A DNA stretch of 64,000 bases, taken from the NCBI RefSeq assembly GCF_006345805.1, contig NC_042999.1:135842001-135906000 (forward strand), written 5' to 3'. Each line of letters begins with the position of its first letter. The stretch's first letter is position 1. Position numbers and translations under genes: made by a program. Shown piece after piece: positions 1 to 13,740 of this stretch. The stretch is from Octopus sinensis. Lineage: Eukaryota. Under the pieces are notes generated by a model. That model made no database searches. It saw only the letters and a program-made list of their open reading frames with translations, and had not been told where the DNA came from.

Positions 1-582
1 TTTACAAACTTGTTGTTATATTTTATTCTTTGCAAAATTGTTAAATAATAGAGCGACAATTTAGTTAAACATACATATATCAAGGGAGAGATTCTTTTGT
101 TTAATGTTAATTCAATAAGTTTGACTGTACCAGAAGTATCAGTCTTAGTAATAGTAGAAGTAGTATATATATATATATAGAGAGAGAGGTAGGTACATAT
201 GCAAGCACACATACACACACGCATATACATACGAATGTATGTATTTGTGTCTGTATGTCACCCCACCATCGCTTGATAACTAATGTTGATGCGATTATGC
301 CCCTGTAACTTTGCGGTTCAGAAGAAGAGGCGATAGAATAAATACAAAGCTTCCTAAGAATAATTCCTGGCCTTGATTTGTTCAAATAAAAGACGGTGCT
401 CTAGTATGGCCTATCATCTTTTGAAACGTATTGGATAGGAGGTCATGTTGCTGGTTTTGCCAACAAAAAACACAAGCACTATTTATTTGATGTTCACAAT
501 TTGTTTTTCAGGTTTTCATTCGACCAGAGTTCTTTTGTTACAATTCAGTGGCCTTAAACGTGGTCCTTTACTTTCTTCATTT

Positions 583-1007
583 GGATCTTTTCGGTTTGAA
601 CGGCAGTTTTTTCTAGCGGTGTCATATGAAATTGTCACCCATAATTATGACCCTAGTATCAATCTATTGCATTTCAATCTGTTTTAGGGTTAGTTAGGGT
701 TAGGGTTAGGGGTGGGGGGAAGGATATATTTTTTTCTTCAGAAATTTAAATAAACCCAATCCGTTTCTTAAACGAGGGACATATTCATATGGCACAAAAT
801 GTTTTCACCTCAATAGACATATTTGATTGGTTGAAATTGCAGAAATTGAAGAAAAAAACAACAAATATCTTAAAAACTATAGAATTTTCTCAATAAAGCC
901 AAGAGAAAATGATATTTTATAAACACATTCTACCAGTATACGAAGTTTAAAATTTTTTAGTTACCTAGAAATTATGTTAAAAACTGCTGTTCAAACTGAA
1001 AAGACCC
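583..1007. mobile_element. Non-autonomous TIR element (MITE) with internal TTAGGG-like array
   Basis: Left end ggatcttttcggtttgaacggcagttttt matches the reverse complement of the right end (gggtcttttcagtttgaacagcagttttt); ttagggttagttagggttagggttaggg at about 684-712; no coding capacity. Confidence 0.8.
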
Positions 1008-1671
1008 CTTCTTTTTTCTTTCTTGTGTCTGTCCTTTTTAATCATCTGCCATGTTGTAATCCACAGAAATTCAAAATCTTTCTCTATCTCACTCTTTATG
1101 CCTGTGTATGTATATACATATAATATGTGTCCATACTCAGCGGTCAACATTTAGCCGATATTGTCTTAATTTTCTATCTTGTTCCTCTCGGTTTCTTTCC
1201 CCTCTTGTTTGCAAAATATTCTCTATCTATTTCTACCTGTCTTTCTCTTCACATATCTGCTTCTTTTCTCTCTTTACTCATCTTCATTTCTTCCTCTTAT
1301 TATCACTGTCAACTATATCCTGTCTAGCTTTATTTCCTTGTCTCCACACTCTCTTTCTTCACCAATTTTCTCTGCCACATGACTATCCAATATTTTTAAC
1401 ACTCCTTAAATTTGGTTAGCCAAGACGTTTTTTTCTCAATCAGCTGTTTACCTTATCATTTCACTTTTGATTGTTTTTTTCCTCCTATCCTAGTACCTCT
1501 GGAAAACATGCACCAAGATTTTTCCTTCTTTTTTTTTGTTATCTTTTGTCATGGAATATCTTATATTTGCAATTTGTATTTTCACTGCTTACATTTGCTT
1601 AACTTGTATATCTCTGAAATAAAGCATATTTTAACCTACAAAATATAGGTACTATTAAGAAGAGTGGTCCT

Positions 1672-2062
1672 GGCGCAGGAGTGGCTGTGTGGTAAGTAGC
1701 TTGCTAACCAACTACATGGTTCCGGGTTCAGTCCCACTGCGTGGCATCTTGGGCAAGTGTCTTCTGCTATAGCCCCAGGCCGACCAATGCCTTGTGAGTG
1801 GATTTGGTAGACGGAAACTGAAAGAAGCCTGTCGTATATATGTATATATATATGTGTGTGTGTGTGTGTTTGTGTTTGTCCCCCTAGCATTGCCTGACAA
1901 CCGATGCTGGTGTGTTTACGTCCCCGTCACTTAGCGGTTCGGCAAAAGAGACCGATAGAATAAGTACTGGGCTTACAAAGAATAAGTCCCAGGATCGATT
2001 TGCTCGACTAAAGGTGGTGCTCCAGCATGGCCTTGGTCAAATGGCTGAAAACAAGTAAAAGA
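1672..2062 (+). mobile_element. Full-length tRNA-headed SINE (abundant octopus-type family)
   Basis: Head ggcgcaggagtggctgtgtggtaag with B-box-like ggttccgggttcagtccc, central (TA/TG)n tract, tail ending aaacaagtaaaagaga; near-identical copies at 48621-49004 and 49371-49775. Confidence 0.9.
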
Positions 2063-2077
2063 GAGAGAGAGAGAGTA

Positions 2078-2635
2078 CATGCATTCGCGTACTCGCGCAT
2101 CTGCGCTAGCTAGTCGATCCTACAAGTAGTCGATTTTAGCTCACCAGGCAAACGACGAGATACGTGGATGCACGCTACTAGTTGATTTTAACACAGAGGT
2201 AAACAACGAGATGCATGGATGCGTGCTACTTGTGAATGGAGCGGGGTTAACCATGTAATACAAAAAGAAAATTGTAGATAAAATAAATATAAAAGTGAAA
2301 AATAATCATTGAATACTGAAAAAAACATTCATCTCCCCTAACCCTCAACCTAACCCTAAACCCTAACCCTTAACCCTTAATAAAATATGGGAAAAGCTGG
2401 AGATGAATGTTTTGAAAACATTCTGAACTATTTTTCAGAATGGTTCACTTTTCAACGAAATATCATTTTGTTATTTTTCATGTTTTTATTCAATTTATCT
2501 GCAATTTTCTTCTTGTATTAGATGGATAACCCACCCTCCATTTACAGCAAGTAGCGCACGTCTCGTTGTTTACCTGTGTGCTAAAATCGACTATTTATGA
2601 CCAACGTGCTCGCATGCGCAAATTTGTGACATGCA
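2078..2635. mobile_element. Long-TIR fold-back element with central (TAACCC)n-like array
   Basis: agtcgattttagc (2128-2140) is inverted at gctaaaatcgact (2580-2592); further blocks are inverted (aaacaacgag/ctcgttgttt; tacaaaaagaaaattgtagataaa/tttatctgcaattttcttcttgta); ctaaccc repeats at 2337-2378. Outer ends are approximate. Confidence 0.7.
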
Positions 2636-2705
2636 CACTCCCAGAACTTGGATCCACACTTCTACAGTAGTGCCAAATTTTGGAACTGAGTTTGCACCCC
2701 CTAAG

Positions 2706-3361
2706 AAAATTCGGATATTTTCCTTTTGAATGGCAGATGTCAACACAATTTCTAGTTAACTAAACACTTTTAAACTTCATATACTGGTAGAATGTGTTTA
2801 TAAATCATCATTTTCTCTTAGTTTTATTGAGAAAATTCTATAGTTTGTAAGGTATTTCGTCTGAAAATCCGAGCATTTCGGCGATTTTAACCAATCGATT
2901 ACCTCCATTCAACTAAAATCATATGCTGCGTCTAAAACTGAGACAACATCCTGTAACTAACCCTAAACCTCCCCCCTAGCCCTAACCCTAACCCTAAATT
3001 TTTTTTTCTTAATTGTTAAATTAATTTAATTCCATTGCTTTAGTTTTTTTTACACGCGTAACAATTAAATTAATTTAACAATTAAGAAAAAAAAAAATTA
3101 GAGTTAGTGGGGAGGTTTAGGGTTAGTTACAGGATGTTGTCTCAGTTTTAGACGCAGCAAATGATTTTAGCTCAAAAGAGAGCATAGGATTCGTTAAAAT
3201 TCGAAAAATTAAACTACGTTAAACAAACAAATTACAATTTTCTCAAGAAAGCCAAGAGAAAAAATGTTTTATTTTGACACATTCTACCAGTATACGAAGT
3301 TTTAAAGTGTTTAGTTAACTAGAAATTGTCTGCCGTTCAAAAGGAAAAGATCCGAAAATTT
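2706..3361. mobile_element. Fold-back TIR element related to 583-1007
   Basis: Termini ggatattttccttttgaatggcaga / tctgccgttcaaaaggaaaagatcc; inner arms (about 2905-3035 vs 3060-3170) form a near-perfect palindrome with TAACCC/GGGTTA arrays; shares the block cacattctaccagtatacgaagttt with 583-1007. Confidence 0.8.
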
Positions 3362-3374
3362 TGTTCCCAGGCCA

Positions 3375-3785
3375 CTGGTTGTGGTGTTAGTTGTTGAAGA
3401 GTGCTAGTAGTTGTAGTGGTGATAGCGATGGTGGTGGTTGTTGTGATACCATTGAAAGTGGTAGTGATGATGGTTAATGTGTTGGCTGTGATAGATATGA
3501 TGGTGATAATTTTAGTAGTGGTAATTGTTATAATTGCGTTGAAGATGCTGATGAGGTGATGTTGATTGGTCTAGTGGTGTCTGTGATGGTGGTGATAATT
3601 ATAATGATGATGACAGTAGTAGTGGTAGTTGTAAAGATAATGTTAGTGGTGATAGATCCAACATCATCACCATTGTCCTTCTCAGTACCATCACCACAAC
3701 CACCACTTTCATCACCATCATCAGTATTGTTTTCATCTCTATCACATGATAAAAGACCTTCCATTCATGATCATCATGTCTAATT
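3375..3785. repeat. Decayed GAT/GGT then CAT/CAC trinucleotide low-complexity region
   Basis: Degenerate trinucleotide runs; the overlapping ORFs are low-complexity translations. A similar block lies at 4520-4940. Confidence 0.7.
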
Positions 3786-5744
3786 TTTTCAGACAATTTC
3801 TTCTTTGTCAAAGGCAGTCATTTTCAGGAAATTTAGCAGCTATTTCTAGTAAGGCAAACAAATACATAGAAGCATCACCTTAGCATGTGTTGAAATGATA
3901 GTATTGTTGCTGTTTGGGCTGAGGTTAGCCCTGAGAGAGTTGACAGAACTTTAATCAAAGATATTTCCAATCATAATTATAGATTTTTTTCGTCTAGTAA
4001 AATCTACTTTAGACAACATTATCCAATGTGTCCTTATATAGGTTGTGAATTGTACAAGTTTTTAGAATGCAGGTCAAAATGCTTTGCAGCTCACTGAACT
4101 CTAAATTCAAATCCCACTGAGATCGCTTTTGCTTTTTATCCTTTCAAGGTTAATAAAATGAAAGTACTAGATCGGTGTGGCAGAATGGTAGAATTGTTAG
4201 AGGATGCTTTGTAGTATTTGTTCAAACTGTTTTTATTTTGAATTCTTGGATGACAGACTTACTTTGTCACTCTAATTTTATAAGCATTCAAGCCAAGTCT
4301 CCAGTATGAAGATAACTGCCTCCCATCCTCTCACTACTTTTAGAGGCCTTGAAATAAAAGGCCATGGATACTGCTCTTTATGATTCAACCAAAAACAAAG
4401 TGAAAAATAAAATAAAATAAAATAAAATGGCTGATTGTGTAGGATTTATAACAGCTATTTCTTGCACATCAAGTAACCACATAGAGGTTCTTTTGTTAGT
4501 TTGTATTGAAGTAATGTTGATAACTGTGGTATTGATAATGGTGTTCATGACATCAGTACTATTGCTATGTGATGGTGAAGGGGATTATAGTGATGATGGT
4601 GATAGAGGCAGCAAAATCAATAGTAATTGTATTGTTGATGTTATAGGTAGAGATTGAACTGATAGTAGTCACTACAGCTTTGGTTGGTGATGTTAATACT
4701 ATCGTGATTATCATCATCATCATAATTATTGTTACCATCATCATAACGTTCTCCTCATCATCCCCATCAACACCACCCTCATCACTGTTGTCACCAACAT
4801 CATCACCATCATCATTGTCAGTAGCAGCAACAACAAAAGTGCCACCACTATCACCCTCATCCTCATTATTGTATCCTCCTTATCATCCCATCACCTTTTT
4901 CATTATCTTCCTTCAAATAAATTATGATAATCATCAGCTTTATGTCTAAAGTTTCATGCAGAATTAGGTTAACTAGGTTCCATAATAGAATCTATCGATA
5001 GATCTTAAACCTTTATACTGTAATTTATGAGGTATTGATGGAGGTTTTATTCTATCTGATTTACATACCTTCATAAAGTTACCTTTCATAATGGCATAGA
5101 AAATCTTTGCTGTGGTTCTTTAACCTTGTCTCAGTTTTCATCCATAGTTGTAGCTGTGTTTATTTCCACTTTTGCATTAGCAGTAGTGTCTCTAAAACTA
5201 CTTCATCCAATGTGGCATTCCTTTTTCATGATGTTCAGGTGTGATTTGAAGGAGATTTTGCTGTCATTTCCATCAGGTCATGAGATCATATAAAATCTCT
5301 TGAAGACTCCGTTGTTTCTAACAGAGTTAGAAGTTTTAAAAGCTAGTGTGCATTTTCATTTCTTTTTACTATTTCACATTCATTTTTCTATGTTTTACAA
5401 ATGTAAAAAGGTTTCCCAAAAACATCTGTTTGGTGATGAAAACCCTGCATGTGATGAGCTTTATATGGAACAGACTGTTACATACACACCAACTATTATA
5501 CACAGACTGTAATCAGAACCAGTATTTAGATCCAATGAACTGAAACAATTAATTAGTAGATTCAAACCCATAGGAGGAATTGAACTCAGCAACTCAGTTT
5601 TACTAAAATGGCAAATTTACAGTGCTTGTGGTATTTGTTTTAGATTGGTGCTCTGGACCATATACTTATGATGGAATCAATTTAGTTCATTAACAGGATA
5701 TGAACAGCCAGCCTCCACCTGGTTGGGCTGCTTGTTTAATATCT

Positions 5745-5910
5745 TGCTCATGGCTGTGTGATAAGAACCTTGATTTCCAGCCATATGGTTCCAGATTCAA
5801 TCCCATTGCATGGCACCTTGGGCAAGTGTCTTCTACTATAGCCTGAGGTCAACCAAAGTCATGTGGGTGGATTTGGTGGAAGGTAACTGAAAGAAGCCTG
5901 TTGTACACAC

Positions 5911-5966
<56 letters not shown>
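5745..5966 (+). mobile_element. SINE 5' fragment followed by (CA)n
   Basis: catggctgtgtgataag...gggcaagtgtcttctactatagcc...gaaagaagcctg is homologous to the 1672 head. Confidence 0.8.
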
Positions 5967-5970
<4 letters not shown>

Positions 5971-6150
5971 ATCCCTCGACTATCACAGGTGCTACATTCC
6001 AAAACACCCACAATAGGTGAAAATCCACGAAGTAGAAACAGTACTGTATATTTTTTTTAATTATTTTTATATTTTGTATATATTTATTTTATTATAAATA
6101 CAAAGGGAGGAATTGATAGGTGAACCATGATATATGCTGAGGGATTACTG
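5966..6150. mobile_element. Short Tc1/pogo-like MITE
   Basis: agtaatccctc at 5967 and gagggattactg at 6139-6150 are inverted; the right end is followed by TA. Confidence 0.65.
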
Positions 6151-6830
6151 TATATATATATATATATTATATATATATATAATACATTAAAAGTCAGTTT
6201 GAATCTTGCTTGCTTGCTTGCTTGTAATGTTACTCTGGTAAACTGGCAATTAATGGGAAAATACTATGAATTAAGTTTACCATAAAATATTAATACAAAT
6301 GGAATGAAACAAGTTTTGCATAAATTGGTAAAGTGGTTTTCAGGATATTAGAGATTTTTGAGGTATAAATACCCAAATCAGTGCAGGTAAAATGCTCTGA
6401 AAATAATCTTCATCCTGAAAGGGAAGAAATTCTTAACTTTCTATTAGACAGTAAATTGACAATGAAAAAATACAATTTTTTTAATAGTAAATGTTTCTGT
6501 TCTCACTTTTGTTAAACACAATATTTTAATCATTTAGAAACATTTTTAAGTGAATGTGATTTCAAAAATGTAAGTTGTTTGTACAGCAAGTATTTATACT
6601 TTAACTTTCTTTAAACAGACAGTATTTTAATATTTTCAAAATTATTTTCAAGTGAATACCATTACAAAAATTTTTTTTTGCATATTTAAAAAATATTCTA
6701 AAGCAAAAAGGACTTTGAAATATGGTAAATATTTCGTAAAAGACCCGTTCATAACCTCAGTGTAAAATAGTTTTTCTCCATAGGTTTTTTTTGAGTGCAT
6801 TCAATGTATTTGGCTGCTATTTCTAGCACA

Positions 6831-6895
6831 CCCTGCTACCATGTAACTGCTATTTATGATAAAGGACCCGAAATGCATGTTACATGGTAGCAGGG
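6831..6895. other. Perfect 17-bp inverted repeat forming a 65-nt hairpin
   Basis: ccctgctaccatgtaac (6831-6847) and gttacatggtagcaggg (6879-6895); the stem extends imperfectly by tgc-tattt/aaatgca. Confidence 0.85.
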
Positions 6896-7134
6896 CATGC
6901 AAGAAATAACAGCAAAACATTTCCTTTTCTGTGGAAAGGAGCCATTTACACATGATTTTGATGTCACATTTGTTGAAAGCATGTGAAATAACCTGGAAAA
7001 GAAAAAGACCCAGAAAACAAAACTCCATTGTTGGGAAACTCAGAGTTTTCTGGTGACCCAATGGGTCATGGGTAGTATATATATATATATATATAATATA
7101 TATATATATATATACATACATATAAGTACATACA

Positions 7135-7380
7135 TCAATGTATATGTGTCTTTGTTTCTGTGTTTGTCTCCCACCAATGTTTGACAACTGGTGTTGGTGT
7201 GTTTACAGTCCTGTAATTTAGCAGATCAGCAAAAGAGACCAATAGAATAAGTACCAGGCTTAAAAGCAAAAAAAAAAAAAAATGTATTGGGTTCGATTCA
7301 TTCAACCAACAATTCTTCAAAGCAGTGCCCCAGCATGGCTGCTGTCTAATGATTGAATCAAGTAAAAGGTAAAAGATAAA
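7135..7380 (+). mobile_element. SINE 3' half
   Basis: Homologous to the tail of 1672-2062 (gtttgacaactggtgttggtgtgtttac...agcaaaagagaccaatagaataagtacc). Confidence 0.8.
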
Positions 7381-7436
7381 AGTTCATATATACATACATA
7401 CACACATACATATATACATACATACATATATATATA

Positions 7437-7815
7437 TGTGCCGGTGGCACATAAAAAGCACCATCCGAACGTGGCCGATGCCAGCGCCACCTCAGCTGGC
7501 TTCTGTGCCGGTGGCACATAAAAAGCACCATCCGAACATGGCCAATTCCAGCGCCGCCTTGGCTGGCTTCTGTGCCGGTGGCATGTTAAAAGCACCAACT
7601 GATCGTGGCCGATGCCAGACTCCCCTGGCACCTGTGCCGGTGGCACGTAAAAAGCACCCACTACACTCGCGGAGTGGTTGGTGTTAGGAAGGGCATCCAG
7701 CTGTAGAAACACTGCCAGATCAGACTGGAGCTTGGTGCAGCCCCTGGCTTCCCAGACCCCGATCGAACCGTCCAACCTGTACTAGCGCGGAAAACGGACG
7801 TTAAACGATGATGAT
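7437..7815 (+). mobile_element. SINE-like element with internal 67-bp tandem repeats and (GAT)n tail
   Basis: tgtgccggtggcac units start at 7437, 7504, 7571 and 7633; the tail ggaaaacggacgttaaacgatgatgat recurs in reverse at about 7885-7950 and forward at about 56160-56315. Confidence 0.8.
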
Positions 7816-7829
7816 AATGATGATGATCA

Positions 7830-7860
<31 letters not shown>

Positions 7861-10800
7861 CTCACACACACACACATACATACATCATCATCATCATCGT
7901 TTAATGTCTGTTTTCCATGCTAGCATGGGTTGGACGGTTCGACTGGGATCTTCAGGGGAGAACTACATTCTTTCAGTATCTGGGCTATTTTATATACATT
8001 TGCATTGGGACAGATTTATAGTTTTGTTTATGGCTATTACTTTATAAGCTGGCTCCTAATATTAAGGCAGTGTCTATGTTATTGTTTCATTTCCAAATTT
8101 CTTAGCTGTTCTGTTTCCTCATTGGTTTGCTTCATTGTTGCTTATGTATATACCACTTCTCATTGGCTAATTTAGTAGCCAATTTGTTTCTACTTTTTGA
8201 CTGCATAATCACATCTTGTTTTGCTGGAGTTACTTATTTACTTATTACTTATTCACAGCTCAGTTGACGGTTGTTCTGTATCTGTCTGTTCATTACATCA
8301 TTCATATCCTGTTTTGCTGAAGTTGTCTTTCTGTCTATTTCATAAATCATCATTTTATATTTGAAATCACACAAGATGGTTTTTTTTAATATATATTGTG
8401 GACTTTGCATTTTATACTAGTTGACTCTACACTTAGTTTCTTTTTCTTGGTTTTCTTTCACTGATGTTAACATTGATGTACCTCCATAGCTATTGCATCA
8501 TTGTTAGTAGTTCAGACCTGTTTTTAAAAATAAATCTATTCTGGTGTCTGCAACATATCACCTCAGAACTCTACCACACACAATATTTGATTGTTCTACA
8601 ATATTTTATTGTCCAGTTTCTATTTATAATGTTCTTCCTTAAGTCTCAAATCTATGTCAATGGAAACTTTGCATTAGGCCTTTTGTGGACAGTCTACTTT
8701 ACTAGTGTCTACTGCCTACCCTGAGTATTTAATCATGACACATGCCTGGTATGTGTGTGTCTATTAACAGAATATGAACCATCAGCTTCTTGGTTGTTTG
8801 TTTAATACATTGTTGACATGGCTATCCCCTCTGTTACACACACACATACACACACACACACATATATTTATTCATATATCATCACCATATTTGTATTAAA
8901 ATATGTCAATATTGAGAATTCTAGATTGTTCCCAGCAATGTGAGGAAATGGCTGTGTGAAGTATGTCCCTGATGCAGTGTGTGTAGAAACAAGTTTACAG
9001 TCAGTTTCTATAATTGACAGGCAAGTATTGTTTGTCATCAATTATGCTATTAGAACCAGTTTTAGCCATTTGTTCTCTAAGTGGTTCTTTCAATGTGAAG
9101 AAAAAAATTGTGAGATATGCTACAAAATCAATAATATACATTTGGTTCAACACAAGAATATTGAATAGACATGGTGTTATTGCTGTCATGATAATGCTGT
9201 TTCTAATCATTGCACTTCCATTTCAGAGAAATACAAATGGAATAAAGCGAAAGACTTTCAAGACCAAATCATATGTTTATTATTTCAGTAAAGAAATGTT
9301 AAATATTGGATTTATTTTAGCCTTTTTAATATTGGTACATTTCTGTTTAAGTAAATTAGTGAACTGTCAGACTGAGAAAAGAAAATGGGTTTAATCTTAG
9401 CTTAAGTATGAATTTTGTTAAGGATTTGTTATAGAAGTCTAGAAAAACTATTTCAGTCAATAATTCAAGCTTAAGATTCTTGGTTTGTAGTCTATACAGA
9501 TTTAGAAAACTTTATGTAAATGCTGATTTATTTAGACAGTACTTTATAAATACTTTTATAATTCTGTTAAGGGTTTGTTATAGAAGTAGAGCTGAGAAAT
9601 CATCTCAGTCAAGAATTCAAGCTTAAAATTCTTAGTTTGTTGTCTAGTCTATACAGATTTAGAAAAAATTATGTTAATGCTGATTTATTTGGAAAGTGTT
9701 TTACAAATGCATTTATATCACTGATTTAGAATTCTGGTTTATATATATAAAAAAATACATTTATAACAGAGATTTATGATATTGGATTATGCTTTAGATG
9801 TTTGAAGAAAAAAGAAATAGCTATTAATAAAATATTGATTTCAGTGCCAGTATTTTGAAGAGAAGTGTAGTCTATTGAATTATCTGTTTGATTCTAGGAA
9901 GTACAATATAATTAATTTAGGTAACTTTTGTCATCTTTGGCTTAACATCAGTACAAAAGATAATACTGATATACTTAGTAACATAGATTTATGGCCACAG
10001 ATATGTTGTCTCCTCTCCTTGCCTCTTCTTCCATCACTACAGTGGTTTCTTCTCAGAGTTGATCGGTATCACACCCCCTTCAATCAAGTACTTCTTGCAC
10101 ACACATCTCTCTTCTCTGTTGTCAACTGCACCGTGTTCTCTTTGCTCCCTCATGCAGCCCTATACTAATTATTACTTGCTTTTCTTCCTCTCTTTGGAAT
10201 TCTCACTCTGCACATGTTTTGCCTACAAACATTGACATGCTATTAGCTGTTCCAGAGAAATGTTAATTATATCTCAATCCCACTAGTTTCAGAGACCTTC
10301 CAAAAGCCATGGGTATATCTCCATCAACCAAACTAATTGAAAATAAACAAGTAAATAAATTAGCTGTATCACAACTGACAATACTGTAAAGACATTGGCG
10401 CTATAACTCAGTTTCTAGCAGAATCAGGCTAAACTGTGTTTATGTTGACATGAGGTTAATTAATTCTTTTGTAAAGAGTAAAGACTTAGGTCTATTTTTT
10501 TATTGTTTTTCCATTCAGATTAAAAACTAGTTGTCACTTTGGAAAGGATACTAATAAGACTCAAACAATTTCTCCCAGAAAACCTGGTCCACATTTTTCT
10601 GCTTTAGCAAGTTGAAGTGATAGCCAGATAAATTGATTATACCAAAATAATAATACCAAACTTAATTTTCTTAATTTCTGATTATCCTGAATTTCTCATA
10701 ATTCCAGGTTTTATATCTGGTTTAGATCATTTTTTTTTCTATTCTGTGGAATTGTTGATGTTGCATCTGTTAGCTCTGATTCATCTGTGTGAAGGTAGTT

Positions 10801-11259
10801 GGTAAAATGATTAAGTGCAATCCACTGATCTGTATAAGTATCATTGTTATTTCATATATTATGGATATGTCTACCTGATTTGATCTAGAATAGCCTATAT
10901 GTCTTACAATCCAGATATGCCATATCTCAGTCTGTTCAGAGGGTTAAATTACTACACAACTTGCATGTCACTCTGCTTTTATATAATTAAAAGCTGATAC
11001 TTAATCATTGACCCTGGAAAAATAAAAATCAAAGTTGATCATACAATGAATTGAAAATATATGGACATAACCTATACCACAATACGTTTTCTTTTTAGGT
11101 TCAATGAACTCTATCAATCGACTATCTTTGTTACTTAATACATTGATATTTAATAAAAGCACATGTTCATACATTTTAGGGGAGGGGATCAGTCAGTTGT
11201 ATCCTACTAATTATTTGGCAATTAGTTATTTTATCAATACCAGAAGAATAAAAATAAGA

Positions 11260-11958
11260 TATTGGTTCATCTCATAAATAATGTGTTTTTTTTAATTGCA
11301 TGAACTAAACGTTGGAGGGGGATGGGATAAATTACCTGCATCAACTTGCTATAAAAGCAGTTAGTAATTTTACCTTTTACTTATTCTTAGTGCAAACTTA
11401 GAAGAGTGCAGTTCATTTTAACAGTTATTTATTCAAAGCTATAATGGAAGTGACAAAAGAGCATATTCAGTATATTTTGCTTTATGACTTAAATAAAGGC
11501 AACAACACAGTGGAAAGTGTGAGGAATATTACTGTGAGCAGCTTGAGTGGCTTAAATCAGCACTAGAAAAAAATGACCATCTCTGGTTTCAAGATGAAAG
11601 GTGTTCTTCCATCAGGATAATGCTTGATCACACACATCGAGGATAACATTCCAAAGGCTGGAACAATTTGAATGGGAAATGATGCCCCACTCACCATATC
11701 TGCTGGACATTGCCCCATCTGAATATTATTATTTCCACTGTCTTCAAAACCATCTGGACGGAACAAATATGAATTCTGTAGATGAGGTTAGAACAATACT
11801 GGAAGAGTATTTTTCATCGTGGACAAATGAATTTTGGAAGAGGGGCCTTGCAAGTCTACCAATAGATGGAAGAGCATTGTAGAAAATGAGAGTACATTTT
11901 AGATTAAAAACGAACTTTATTTTAATTTTACCCACATTATTTATAGGATGACCCAATA
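11260..11958 (+). mobile_element. Internally deleted mariner transposon with both TIRs
   Basis: TIRs tattggttcatctcataaataatgtg / reverse-complement tattgggtcatcctataaataatgtg with TA at both ends; N-terminal MEVTKEHIQYILLYDLNKGN fused to C-terminal FHQDNA...PHSPYLLDIAPSEYYYFHCLQNHLDG (mariner YSPDLAPSD-like motif); stops and frameshifts. Confidence 0.9.
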
Positions 11959-13554
11959 CTATTGTGAGATTTGAACTCAGGGCGTGAAGGAATGCTACTA
12001 AAATCACAAGGTGTTTTGTACAATGTTCTCTCAAATGTACTATTCCACCATCCTTTGTTAAATATATTACAGACTATATTACATTACTCCTTACCACTGC
12101 AGTAATTATACTATGTTAAGTAAATTGTATCAGTGTTACTCATGTACCATTTGATATAGCTAAAATTGATGTTTGCTGCAGTTGAAGAAAGTTTTCTGTT
12201 GCAATTTATTTCTATTCAATTTAGAACAAACTATTTGTTAGCTGAATATCTAAGTTAAAATATCTTTGGAAGTCGATCAGTGTTAAAAGGGTATATGCCT
12301 CCTGCTAGAAGTAATTTCATGGTAAAAAAAAAAAAGAGAGAGAAAAGTCCACATTCTTTTTAACTTGGAAAAGGTTTTAAGTAAAGCAAGATTTGCACAA
12401 TTATTTTAGACATAAAATTACAGATATTTCAAATTAAACTAATAAATTCTACCCTGGGAAAAGAGAGAGAGAGAGAGAGAGAGAGAGAAGTAAATGGAGT
12501 GAGACAGAAAGGAAGAGTGGAAAAAAGCCATAGTAGTTATAAACGCATTCATGGACACATGCAGAAACCATTGATATGTTTGTACCCACACAGCCACAAA
12601 CCCACACTGACATACACTCACAAAAACACATAATGATTTCTAGATTACATCTCTATTATTTTTTGTTCCTTATTTTGTAGCTTGAACGACTGTCAACTTT
12701 AAAAACCTCTCTTCCTTCTTGCTTCTATCATTGCAACATAAAAGAAAGATATTATTCCAAACAAACTCTGTGAAAACTTCAAAAGAAATAAATTTCTGAC
12801 TGTCTAATACAATGATGCTTGTTAAACACATCAAACATAAGGAAAAAAACAAACTTTCAAAAATTGGATCAACCAAATTCTTGCTTTAAGCTTTCTTGTA
12901 GGAAGACTGAATTAACGAGATTAAGATGAATAACGATCACAGTGTCACTCATTTTGTGTTTTGCAATAAATATAAGACTTACACAAAACTAGTCTTTTTT
13001 TTTCTAAGGAAGTTCTAGATATTGGTTCCTATAATGGCAAATTCTGTACAGTAAAGCAATAAATCCTGACAAGCCACAATTGCAATGTTGTTTCAATTCC
13101 TCTACAAAGATGTTTCACTTCATATAAGCTATGTATTTTGCTTTTTCTTTTTTCCTTACAAGTCAATAATGTTTGTCTGCAAAAGGGCAATGTTCAAATT
13201 TGGCTGACATCAACTTTGTCTTTTAAACTTCAAGGCTCACCAAAATAAATATCAATTCAGTACTGGGGTTGATTTAATTGGTTCTAATCTCCTTGAAAAT
13301 TTTTGATCCTGTATCAATGGTCGAAATTATAAGGGGAGTGAATGGCAGAATCAGTGGAGCATCAGACAAAACACTTTTGTGATATTAGGTTGCTTTACCA
13401 TGATATTTTATATCCTTCCAAGGTCATTTAAATAAGTACCAGAAATATATTGGTATAGATATATTCAACTATGCACTCACTACAAATTTGCAGTATGCCT
13501 AGTGTCTTTTTTAAAGCAATTGTTGTTCTTATTATAAAGATAGTGAAAAGGCAG

Positions 13555-13740
13555 CCATTAGCATGCCAGGCAAAATGCTTTGTGGCATTTTGTCCGTCTT
13601 TATGTTCTCAGTTCAAATTCTACTGAGGTCAACTTTGCATTTCACCCTTTCTGGGTCGATTAAATAAAGTACAAGTTACACACTTGGGTTGATGCAATTG
13701 ACTTAATCCCCTCCCCCAAGCTGCCCTTGTGGCTAAAATC
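13555..13740 (+). mobile_element. Short SINE of a second abundant family
   Basis: Core ttctgagttcaaattc...gaggtcaactttgcctttcatcctttc recurs at about 13190, 19280, 25340, 26940, 35830, 36590, 37260, 37490, 37710, 38630 and 53030, in both orientations. Confidence 0.75.

Noticed and set aside
684-712. TTAGGG runs as a true or interstitial telomere
   Set aside because: Short, imperfect and embedded within TIR elements.
1672-1745. tRNA-like A/B boxes
   Set aside because: SINE heads with no complete cloverleaf; not tRNA genes.
7437-7660. Regular repeats that might suggest a CRISPR array
   Set aside because: Units are contiguous 67-bp tandem copies without unique spacers, inside a eukaryotic SINE-like element.
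9014-9394. 126-aa plus ORF
   Set aside because: AT-rich codons, no motif and no consistent splice pair.
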